20,000 nucleotides of DNA from an uncultured virus (IMG/VR IMGVR_UViG_3300021376_000011) (IMGVR_UViG_3300021376_000011), one strand, 5' to 3'. Shown: positions 8,667-15,848, numbered from the stretch's first letter. The notes: generated from the letters alone by a model not told the origin. A program made the numbers and translations.

Positions 8667-9923
8667 TTAAATTACACCCTCTAGTCTATTACCCCAACCA
8701 TGTTTTTCTGAATGTGGCCAAACATACCATTTAGCGGGTTTACTTACCGTTTCAAAACTTCTCCATAGTTTACAGTAACCGTCCACATCTCTTTTCATCA
8801 TTCGAATTTCTTCAGGTGAGGCGTCTTGTCTGTAAATTTCATTACCATTTTCATCATTAAAAGACACCGCCCAAAACGTGTAGTCGTCATGAGGTACATC
8901 ATGGTAACCAATATCTATACAATGTTTAAAATGTGAAGTAAATGAATTATCATATTCGATTTGGTCTTCAATATATGGATTTGGTGGGTGGTTGTAATCT
9001 AATGTATATCTTTGTGTCGCTCTTTTTTTAAAAGAGATACCCGAATATCTTTCGTATTGTTCAAGAGTTCTATTTGGACCAAAACCAAAATCACCAAAAT
9101 CAATTTCTTTACCGTCATTCTCCATACCAAATAGTTTCCTATTTTTATAATGACTGTACTCATTTCTTTTGTGCCATATCGGGTCGTCATCCCACTGTTT
9201 AGTGGAACCCCTACGAGTGTAATAGTGCCATATTAAAACTCGATGTAAATGGAATAAATCATATCCATGGGTATAGGCTCTAACAGATATCGAAATTTCC
9301 TCACCATGAAAATAATAATCGGGGTCATGTTGTACTTCTAACGCAAATTGACCAAGAGTGAAACAAAAGTGAGCGGAATAAAATCTAGCTTTGACAGGCT
9401 CGTCTCTTTCTTTAAAATCATCAATTGATGCCGGAAGAAAATGTATATTACCATCAGGACTAAATCTATCAAAGTTCATTTTCCATGGTACGTCTAAACG
9501 ACCTTTTGGGTCGTTCTCAGGTTCGTATGAGGGTATGTATCCCGTTAACATGGGTTTTTTATGACCCTTTTCCTGTAATTTTTTTAATTCTATAATTAAT
9601 TCTTCATCCCAATTTTTTGTAAATCTGTGATGTGAGTCCAATTGTAAAGTGTACTCTTCACCATCATATTGTTGTTGTAAGATATGTCTCGCCCAACACG
9701 GACCTTTAGCTTTTGTATGATTGATGTCGATTATTTTAAATCGTGGGTCACATTTCCATTCATCTAAATTATCCCACTCATCATCTTTTGAGTGTTGCCA
9801 GGCAATGGAAAATACGAGTTTATCAGGGTTTTTGGCTTTCTTTATACAATCTTTGAGTGTTGGTAACAGTTCTTTATCCCTGTAGGCCGCTATCTGTATA
9901 AAAATTTTTCTATTATCAGGCAT
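8667..9923 (-). CDS. GT60 / Gnt1-like (Skp1-type) GlcNAc transferase homolog, copy 1
   Basis: IFIQIAAYRD, AKGPCWAR, LQLDSHHRF..NWD, FYSAHFCF, HDP..YFHGEEI...RAYTHGYDLF, WHYYTR, G.G..RTL.QYE. Confidence 0.85.
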   Translation of the reverse strand: MPDNRKIFIQIAAYRDKELLPTLKDCIKKAKNPDKLVFSIAWQHSKDDEWDNLDEWKCDPRFKIIDINHTKAKGPCWARHILQQQYDGEEYTLQLDSHHRFTKNWDEELIIELKKLQEKGHKKPMLTGYIPSYEPENDPKGRLDVPWKMNFDRFSPDGNIHFLPASIDDFKERDEPVKARFYSAHFCFTLGQFALEVQHDPDYYFHGEEISISVRAYTHGYDLFHLHRVLIWHYYTRRGSTKQWDDDPIWHKRNEYSHYKNRKLFGMENDGKEIDFGDFGFGPNRTLEQYERYSGISFKKRATQRYTLDYNHPPNPYIEDQIEYDNSFTSHFKHCIDIGYHDVPHDDYTFWAVSFNDENGNEIYRQDASPEEIRMMKRDVDGYCKLWRSFETVSKPAKWYVWPHSEKHGWGNRLEGVI

Positions 9924-9942
9924 ACCGTAAACTTTTTTTTAA

Positions 9943-9971
9943 AAAATAACCATTTATTGTATCAATGTCAA
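9943..9971 (-). promoter_or_regulatory. Host-type promoter for the glycosylation operon
   Basis: The minus strand reads TTGACA-N17-TATTTT (plus-strand tgtcaa 9966-9971, aaaata 9943-9948), 19 nt upstream of the ATG at 9923. Confidence 0.6.
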
Positions 9972-9978
9972 GAGGTCT

Positions 9979-10006
9979 TTGTTTTTTCATCTTTATTTCT
10001 TATACT
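9979..10006 (+). promoter_or_regulatory. Host-type promoter for 10026
   Basis: TTGTTT-N16-TATACT, 19 nt before the ATG. Confidence 0.4.
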
Positions 10007-10025
10007 TTACTAAGACACTTAAAAC

Positions 10026-10397
10026 ATGAAAAACATATACCAACCAATCGTCATGGAAAAGGCGAGTGAAATTGTTCTCTTACTTAGGGAATCTGATTTT
10101 TTTAATGAGTATGAGATTGAAGACGAATCTTACGCGTTGGAGTTCTTCTGTGATAAACTCACAACAAAATTTATTAATGGCGACTTAGATGAAGACTCAT
10201 TAGAAAATATCTTCAATCAAGACGACATGGAAGAATTTCTAAAAGAAATAGTCACCGGTAGTCTTTTATATGAACTACAAAAAAAAGGAATCATAGACTC
10301 CATTGAAGATGAAAATAATGAAGAAAGGTTTTTTTTGACCGATAAAGGAAGGGAAATAGTTAAGAATATTGGAAGTGGGTTAGATAATGAGGAATAA
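10026..10397 (+). CDS. Acidic hypothetical protein with a possible winged-helix-like C-terminus
   Basis: 123 aa ORF with an A-rich upstream region; LYELQKKGII...RFFLTDKGREI resembles the wing end of wHTH domains. Confidence 0.6.
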   Translation: MKNIYQPIVMEKASEIVLLLRESDFFNEYEIEDESYALEFFCDKLTTKFINGDLDEDSLENIFNQDDMEEFLKEIVTGSLLYELQKKGIIDSIEDENNEERFFLTDKGREIVKNIGSGLDNEE

Positions 10398-10730
10398 TTA
10401 TTTTACTCTCTTTTCTTCAGCTTGACTTTGATTAGAATATTTTTTATGGGTTTTAACTTTGTTTTTTAAAACTTTCAACGTAGAATGTGCATTAGATAAA
10501 TTATCTGATATCGTCTTGAATCTACCGTTTGTTAAAGTTTTTAATCCATCTGGTGTTAAATCTTGTAATTTTCTTAACTCCTTAATGGTTTCACTAAGTT
10601 GGAATTCCAACTCATCGATTTTGAACTGAACCCTGTTGTAATCGTTCCTGTTAACTTTAGAAACTTCCTCATACAAAACGCTCCTAAGTATATTCAACAC
10701 GTCATTTTCATTGATTTTGTTTAATTCCAT
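10398..10730 (-). CDS. Hypothetical coiled-coil protein with an N-terminal leader (INENDVLNILRSVLYEE)
   Basis: 110 aa with a heptad pattern; TATTTATA lies 4 nt upstream of the ATG. Confidence 0.65.
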   Translation of the reverse strand: MELNKINENDVLNILRSVLYEEVSKVNRNDYNRVQFKIDELEFQLSETIKELRKLQDLTPDGLKTLTNGRFKTISDNLSNAHSTLKVLKNKVKTHKKYSNQSQAEEKRVK

Positions 10731-10734
10731 ATCC

Positions 10735-10742
10735 TATAAATA
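10735..10742 (-). promoter_or_regulatory. TATTTATA motif (putative phage late promoter)
   Basis: One of 8 intergenic TATTTAT copies in sense orientation upstream of a start codon. Confidence 0.5.
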
Positions 10743-10757
10743 TCTTGGTTTAGGTGT

Positions 10758-10786
10758 TTGGTAAATTAAATTATTTTACTTACCTT
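10758..10786 (+). promoter_or_regulatory. Host-type promoter for the IMPDH/GMPR gene
   Basis: TTGGTA-N17-TACCTT(TT); also fits the Bacteroidota-style TTTG-N20-TAnnTTTn. Confidence 0.45.
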
Positions 10787-10813
10787 TTTGATAAATAACT
10801 AAAAAGAGAAAAA

Positions 10814-11878
10814 ATGCAATTGTTTGATTTTGACGACATACTAATTGAACCAGCAATAACTTCTGATGTCCGCTCTCGTAGTGAGATTAATTGTCGTTTG
10901 AGTAATGGATTATTACCATTAATGACAGCCCCAATGGATACGGTTGTAAGTCAAACCAATTTTGATTTATTTAAAGAGCAAGGTATTTTACCCGTATTGC
11001 CAAGAATTAAAAATCCTGATTCATCGTGGGTGGATTGTAGTATTTTTCTTTCTTACAGTATGTCTGACTTTGAAAAATTATTTTTAGAGTCAACAAGGAC
11101 CGAATATTCCGAGGAACAACCAATGTTAGTACTAATTGATGTGGCTAATGGGCACATGAAAGACTTGTTGATAATGACCGAACAAGCAAAGAAAAAATAC
11201 GGAACAAATATTAAATTAATGGTTGGTAATGTTGCAAATCCCGAAACATTTTATGAATATTCCAAAGTAGGTGCTGATTACGTAAGAATTGGTATTGGTA
11301 ATGGCAATGGTTGTTTGACAACTGTTCAAACAGGCGTTGGTTACCCTATGGCATCATTAATATCTGAGTGTAGAAAAATTAAAAACGAAAGATGGTTGAG
11401 TACTAACACAAAAATAGTAGCCGATGGTGGATTCAAAAAATACTCGGATGTAATTAAAGCCCTTGCTTTAGGTGCGGATATTGTAATGTTAGGTTCAATT
11501 TTGAATAAGTGTTTAGAGAGTGCTGGTGAAACAAGTAAAAAAACCGGAACTTCAACGATTAGTGTTTATGATAAAGTTGACCAATATTCAAAAGAAACAA
11601 AAGAAATGTTTGACGCAGATATTAATTTATATAAAACTTTTAGGGGTATGTCAACCAAAGAAGTTCAAACGAGTTGGGGAAAAGAAAATCTAACTACTTC
11701 AGAAGGTGTGGTTCGAACTCAAGTGGTTGAATATACAATTGAGGGTTGGGTAAATAATTTTGAATCATATCTAAAGTCTGCGATGAGTTATGCGGGAAAA
11801 AAAGAACTCCACCATTTCATCGGCGGAGTCAAATATAATCACATTTCAATGAATGGATTTAAAAGATTTGATAAATAA
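10814..11878 (+). CDS. IMP dehydrogenase / GMP reductase family protein, no CBS domains
   Basis: FDFDDILI, TAPMDTV, IDVANGH, VGNVA, catalytic loop RIGIGNGNGCLT, ADGG, VMLGS, FRGMST, SEGV, LKSAMSY. guaB versus guaC cannot be decided by eye. Confidence 0.88.
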   Translation: MQLFDFDDILIEPAITSDVRSRSEINCRLSNGLLPLMTAPMDTVVSQTNFDLFKEQGILPVLPRIKNPDSSWVDCSIFLSYSMSDFEKLFLESTRTEYSEEQPMLVLIDVANGHMKDLLIMTEQAKKKYGTNIKLMVGNVANPETFYEYSKVGADYVRIGIGNGNGCLTTVQTGVGYPMASLISECRKIKNERWLSTNTKIVADGGFKKYSDVIKALALGADIVMLGSILNKCLESAGETSKKTGTSTISVYDKVDQYSKETKEMFDADINLYKTFRGMSTKEVQTSWGKENLTTSEGVVRTQVVEYTIEGWVNNFESYLKSAMSYAGKKELHHFIGGVKYNHISMNGFKRFDK

Positions 11879-12112
11879 TTATTCAACTCTAAATTCTTTG
11901 TCTTCCGCACTACTGATTGCATTGTCACTTTTCATACCCTCTTTAATGTAGGTACGAATCAATTTAGATACACTCATTTTTTTCTTATTTGCAACTTTTT
12001 CTATCTCTCTAAAATACGCGGGAACAACTCTAAATGATAACATTTGAACTAATTGTTTAGATTTTGTTGTTTCGGGAAATTTGGTTTCTTTATTAAATTC
12101 TGTATTTTCCAT
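11879..12112 (-). CDS. Ribbon-helix-helix (CopG/Arc-like) DNA-binding protein
   Basis: LSFRV (beta strand), then PAYFREIEKVANKKK and MSVSKLIRTYIKEGM (two helices): the RHH pattern. Confidence 0.7.
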   Translation of the reverse strand: MENTEFNKETKFPETTKSKQLVQMLSFRVVPAYFREIEKVANKKKMSVSKLIRTYIKEGMKSDNAISSAEDKEFRVE

Positions 12113-12126
12113 GTCTGGGATTTTTA

Positions 12127-12134
12127 TATAAATA
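12127..12134 (-). promoter_or_regulatory. TATTTATA motif (putative late promoter)
   Basis: 14 nt upstream of the ATG at 12112. Confidence 0.5.
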
Positions 12135-12135
12135 T

Positions 12136-12164
12136 TTGGTTTTTCAGATTTTTTTGTTTATTAT
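12136..12164 (+). promoter_or_regulatory. Host-type promoter for 12188
   Basis: TTGGTT-N17-TATTAT. Confidence 0.45.
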
Positions 12165-12187
12165 TTAAATAATAAATTAAATGTAAT

Positions 12188-12547
12188 ATGACAACAGGAA
12201 AAATAGAACCATCTTCATCAATTAAAGCGTGTGAGGAACGATATCCCGAAACTACCGCAGAATTTAAAAAAATCCTAAAAGAACAGTACGAACTGTTTTG
12301 TAAAAAACAAATGAACTACGGACCCGATAATATTTCGGTTGGTACTAGATTAGAAACTCCTGAGGAAATAAAATTATCTCAAACGGGTTTGTGGTTTAGA
12401 ATGAATGATAAAATACAAAGGCTCAAACAGTTAGTATTATTGGGCAAAGAAGATACTGTAGGTGAGTGTGTTCAAGACACATATTCTGACCTATCCGTAT
12501 ATGGTATAATCGCACAAATAGTAAGTCGAGGTAAGTGGGCAAAATAA
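12188..12547 (+). CDS. DUF1599 / nucleotide-modification-associated domain 1 (Nmad1) protein
   Basis: KKQMNYG...RMNDKIQRL...DTYSDLSVYGII matches the K..DYG / R..DK..RL / DT..DL..Y pattern. Confidence 0.75.
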   Translation: MTTGKIEPSSSIKACEERYPETTAEFKKILKEQYELFCKKQMNYGPDNISVGTRLETPEEIKLSQTGLWFRMNDKIQRLKQLVLLGKEDTVGECVQDTYSDLSVYGIIAQIVSRGKWAK

Positions 12548-12659
12548 TTTTTTAAAATCAACTACTTATCAAATAAAAAGTATTTAATATATTGATTATC
12601 AATATTATAATTAAATTTAAGGTAATGACGCCCTTTAAATTCAAAATAAAATAATAAAA

Positions 12660-12667
12660 TATTTATA
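12660..12667 (+). promoter_or_regulatory. TATTTATA motif (putative late promoter)
   Basis: Lies between two plus-strand genes, 18 nt upstream of the ATG at 12686. Confidence 0.5.
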
Positions 12668-12685
12668 TTGAAACGAAAGGTCAAA

Positions 12686-13042
12686 ATGAAAGCAAAACAA
12701 TCGGTGGCGGTAATCAAATTTTTAGATTCAATAAGTAAAAGTGTACTTCTAAATGTGTCAGTTGAAAGTTATTTTACATTCTCAAAGGAGAAAAAAATCA
12801 CCACCCAATTTTTAATACTCAAAATGGTAATCAAATCGATGAATGTTAAATTAAACACAAACGAGGCTATTTTACCAAATTTATTAAAATCATTAAAAAA
12901 TAGAAATGAAAACTTGGAGAATTATGAATTTGCTGAAGTCTTAAAAAATATAGAATCTAACTTGGATAAATTGTTAGATATGACTAAAACAAATATAAGA
13001 ACAAAAAGAACTATTAAGACAAACAAACCAAACGATGTCTAA
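12686..13042 (+). CDS. Hypothetical basic protein (start moved to ATG 12686 from TTG 12668)
   Basis: In-frame ATG after AAA and downstream of the TATTTATA motif; ENYEFAEVLKN resembles a UVR-like helix motif; overlaps the next start. Confidence 0.6.
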   Translation: MKAKQSVAVIKFLDSISKSVLLNVSVESYFTFSKEKKITTQFLILKMVIKSMNVKLNTNEAILPNLLKSLKNRNENLENYEFAEVLKNIESNLDKLLDMTKTNIRTKRTIKTNKPNDV

Positions 13043-13433
13043 AAGAAATATTGACGAAGAGTTGAAGATTTCTTACACCAAGATGGCTCTTGAGTGGTGT
13101 GTTGAGAATTTTGGGGTTAACAGTAGAAAGAGAAAAAAGTTAATTCTTGAAATTAATGATAAATCTCGAATCGAAGGCAAGATGTGGTACTATGGACAAT
13201 ACTGTTTTAATAAAAACAAAATTGTCATTTATATTTCTAACTGCGAAACCATAGATGATATAATCTCAACAATAATTCATGAGTATACCCATTACCTACA
13301 ATCAAGTTATTTATATCGACTTTATGAAAAATGTTATTACTATTCACAAAATCCATGTGAAAGACAAGCGAAAAGAAATGAAATAAAATACACTAAAGAG
13401 TGTATAAAAGAATTAAAGAAATTAATCAGGTAA
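13035..13433 (+). CDS. Small zincin-like metallopeptidase domain protein
   Basis: TIIHEYTHYLQ (HExxH) with a downstream NPCERQA (third-ligand E-x-x-A). Confidence 0.7.
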   Translation: MSKRNIDEELKISYTKMALEWCVENFGVNSRKRKKLILEINDKSRIEGKMWYYGQYCFNKNKIVIYISNCETIDDIISTIIHEYTHYLQSSYLYRLYEKCYYYSQNPCERQAKRNEIKYTKECIKELKKLIR

Positions 13434-13631
13434 GATTTCCGCTTCGGGTATTTCCTTCAAAAATAATAGATAATTTTCATTTGTTTGTCTATTCATTTGA
13501 CGAACAACATTATCACACCCCCAATATTTTTTTAAGTCCTCGATAAATTCAGGTTTAACCCTTGTTTCTTTTATTCTTCGTTCAATAAAATATAATTTAT
13601 TTTGAAAATTAAATAATTCTTTACAGAGCAT
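13422..13631 (-). CDS. Small hypothetical protein
   Basis: 69 aa; ATG 1 nt after the nuclease stop codon (TAATATG), which suggests coupling. Confidence 0.6.
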   Translation of the reverse strand: MLCKELFNFQNKLYFIERRIKETRVKPEFIEDLKKYWGCDNVVRQMNRQTNENYLLFLKEIPEAEILPD

Positions 13632-13632
13632 A

Positions 13633-14235
13633 TTAGTGTTTACAGGTTATTTGATGTTCTGTCCACCTTTTTGTTGGTTTTTTGTTCTCAAACTTGAAAC
13701 AAGACCATTTTTCACTTTTATCAAAATGAATATGTTTAACAAAAAAAGATGGGACTGTTGCACCTGTCTCTAATTTCTGAGAATTTTTGTCAAAAATCAA
13801 GTCTATTTTAATAGTTAATGGTTCTTTATCGTCCCAAAGTCTTTCTTGTTCCTCAAGTAACCTCCATTCACCCCTATTTAAGTCTTGGTGTTGTAATGCA
13901 CAATTTAAATAACTAAAAGTTTGTTTTAAATTTTCCATATTGTCGGAAAAAGTGGCAGCAGGTGCTAAATGACCTTTATCCCACACATTGTTTTTATAAT
14001 CGCCACCGTCAGATGTGTGTACACCTTGTTCCGTATAAAAATCCATTGACCCTCTATTAACATTTGTTCGTCTATTTGTTGATTTATAAATTAACCATAT
14101 TGGCTCCTCTAATATTTGTGAGTACTTTACTTCAAATACGTTATTTTTTACACGGATTAAATCTTTCTGTGTTGTTAATGATGTTGTTATTAACAACAAA
14201 AACGATAAAACAACAAGAATAGATAGTTTTTTCAT
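13633..14235 (-). CDS. DNA/RNA non-specific endonuclease (NucA/EndA-like, His-Me finger) with a signal peptide
   Basis: WDKGHLAPAA (DRGH-type), TFSYLNCALQ, LNRGEWRLLE, VPSFFVK; N-terminal MKK plus hydrophobic LSILVVLSFLLLIT. Confidence 0.88.
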   Translation of the reverse strand: MKKLSILVVLSFLLLITTSLTTQKDLIRVKNNVFEVKYSQILEEPIWLIYKSTNRRTNVNRGSMDFYTEQGVHTSDGGDYKNNVWDKGHLAPAATFSDNMENLKQTFSYLNCALQHQDLNRGEWRLLEEQERLWDDKEPLTIKIDLIFDKNSQKLETGATVPSFFVKHIHFDKSEKWSCFKFENKKPTKRWTEHQITCKH

Positions 14236-14786
14236 AGTTGGTTTTTTAATATATAACTAAATATATCTCCAGCAGTATTTTTTCCAACCGAAAACTCAAC
14301 AAAAGGAATTGAATGGTCTATCAATCTACGTTTTATTACATCATCTATCTCTTTAGATTGAATTAAATTTTGAAACCTACCATTTTCATTAAATGTGGTG
14401 TCATCCCTGTTTAATAAAACGTTGAAATTGTTGTACTTTTTAAATAATTTGAAAATAAAGTAATCAAATGAATTATCATAGAAGGTTGCGGGATATTCGG
14501 GTGTATCATTATATAAATCTTTGTAAACCGTTCCTAATATTATTGGTGAATCTACAATGATATATTTTACCTTACCATAAAGCCTACTGATATTTCTATG
14601 TTGATTAGCTGTAACAAAAAATTGGTCTTTTATTGTTGAGTAATTTTCTTCCCAAGCAACAATTTTTGGGTATTCGAATGTTAATTCAACATCCATGTGA
14701 TTTTTTTTCATCAAAGTAAACAATTCAGAGCTTTGTGTTGATTTACCAATACCTGGCCCCCCAAAGAAATTGACAATTACGCTCAC
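14232..14786 (-). CDS. P-loop NTPase/kinase (NadR/AAA_28-like)
   Basis: GGPGIGKST Walker A, IIVDSPI, GRFQ; GTG start; ATGA overlap with the nuclease gene. Confidence 0.75.
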   Translation of the reverse strand: MSVIVNFFGGPGIGKSTQSSELFTLMKKNHMDVELTFEYPKIVAWEENYSTIKDQFFVTANQHRNISRLYGKVKYIIVDSPIILGTVYKDLYNDTPEYPATFYDNSFDYFIFKLFKKYNNFNVLLNRDDTTFNENGRFQNLIQSKEIDDVIKRRLIDHSIPFVEFSVGKNTAGDIFSYILKNQL

Positions 14787-14844
14787 ATCAATAATATATT
14801 AAAATTAACTTAAATAAAAAAGTGAACAATATGTAATTTTGGTA

Positions 14845-14852
14845 TATTTATT
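14845..14852 (+). promoter_or_regulatory. TATTTATT motif (putative late promoter)
   Basis: 16 nt upstream of the ATG at 14869. Confidence 0.45.
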
Positions 14853-14868
14853 AAATAAAAATTAGCTA

Positions 14869-15216
14869 ATGGACATGGATTCTTTTTACACGGTACTAAT
14901 TACAATAATCACGGTTTTAGGTTCCGCTAGCGCGTGGAGATATTACGAAAAAAGAGCTATGAGAAAAGAAAAATCAGAGGATTACATGAAAGATGAGTGT
15001 AGAGAACGCATAACAAAACTTGAAATTTTGTTAGAAAAGTCGTCTTCCGAAAAAGACGACCTAAGGTCCAAAATATTAGATTTAACTCGAGAAGTTGCTG
15101 AACTTAGAATAAAGGTTGAGTTTTTAGAAAGCAAAAACAAAGAGTTAAAAAAGAAAACGGAGGTGTCTGTATTAGATACACCAATAAAAAGAGGCAGAAA
15201 ACCAAAATCAATCTAA
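14869..15216 (+). CDS. Membrane-anchored coiled-coil protein (holin/lysis-accessory candidate)
   Basis: One N-terminal hydrophobic helix FYTVLITIITVLGSASAW, a long heptad region and a basic tail KRGRKPK. Confidence 0.6.
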   Translation: MDMDSFYTVLITIITVLGSASAWRYYEKRAMRKEKSEDYMKDECRERITKLEILLEKSSSEKDDLRSKILDLTREVAELRIKVEFLESKNKELKKKTEVSVLDTPIKRGRKPKSI

Positions 15217-15779
15217 CAATTTTTTGTTAGTGAATCAAATATAGTTATAATTTCATTTAGGGAATCGTAAGAAAAACATTCTGAATAACCGGAAAAATTT
15301 TCCAAAATGGGTTTAAATTTTTTTACACCCCTTTTTTTATTTAGTTTTTCTTTTATTGTTTCTTCTAGTTTTTCAGCGTCTTTAGTGTCAATTCTTCTTA
15401 AAATCGTTTCTAAAGTATACCCCTTATATCCGTAACCCTTACTAAATCTACGTAAAATAAATCTTTTTGATGTAATACCTACTTTTACAAAAATTTTTTG
15501 CGTTTTCTCTTCTTTCATTAAAATCAAGTATAGTGATTTTGGTAACTTTTCTATTTTTTTCTTCTTACTCAACGCGTGTTTTTTGATTTCACCTTGAACA
15601 TATTTTTTAGCGTTATCCAAATCACTAAATTCCTTTACATCCCTGTTTGAATTAGGAAAATACTTTTTAAATCTATTTGAATAGATAATTTTACCGTTAT
15701 CAACGGTATAAATTTTACGATTATTAATAACCTTTTCATATATCGAGTAAAACCCCACCTTTAAGATTAGTCTATCCAT
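15213..15779 (-). CDS. T5orf172/GIY-YIG-like putative endonuclease
   Basis: LYLILM...VKVGITS...RRF...LEETIK...GYSECF follows the Y-x-I / K-I-G / R / E / G-x-x-E-x-F pattern of T5orf172/MUG113-type domains; very basic. Confidence 0.6.
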   Translation of the reverse strand: MDRLILKVGFYSIYEKVINNRKIYTVDNGKIIYSNRFKKYFPNSNRDVKEFSDLDNAKKYVQGEIKKHALSKKKKIEKLPKSLYLILMKEEKTQKIFVKVGITSKRFILRRFSKGYGYKGYTLETILRRIDTKDAEKLEETIKEKLNKKRGVKKFKPILENFSGYSECFSYDSLNEIITIFDSLTKNC

Positions 15780-15848
15780 ATAAATTTATTTAAATTATAC
15801 ATATTTCATATTTTATTTGAAATATACAAAATATATCAAAAAAAGTAC

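Noticed and set aside
919..9190. Short ORFs in the track overlapping the glycosylation genes (919, 2241, 2489, 4921, 5428, 6829, 7915 on plus; 8999 on minus)
   Set aside because: They are antisense or out-of-frame shadows of well-supported CDSs, with no motifs or independent start context.
1..9923. Interpretation as a bacterial O-antigen/capsule locus or a eukaryotic giant-virus region
   Set aside because: No wzx/wzy/ABC exporter or priming phosphoglycosyl transferase is visible. Stop/start coupling, bacterial promoters, an RHH protein and an endolysin argue against a eukaryotic virus. Not fully excluded without flanking sequence.
10735..12134. TATAAATA on the plus strand as T4-type late promoters for 10814 and 12188
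   Set aside because: Copies between co-directional genes are all oriented TATTTAT, and those two genes have their own host-type promoters.
12668..12685. TTG start given by the ORF track
   Set aside because: It abuts the TATTTATA motif; the in-frame ATG at 12686 fits the spacing seen at other genes.
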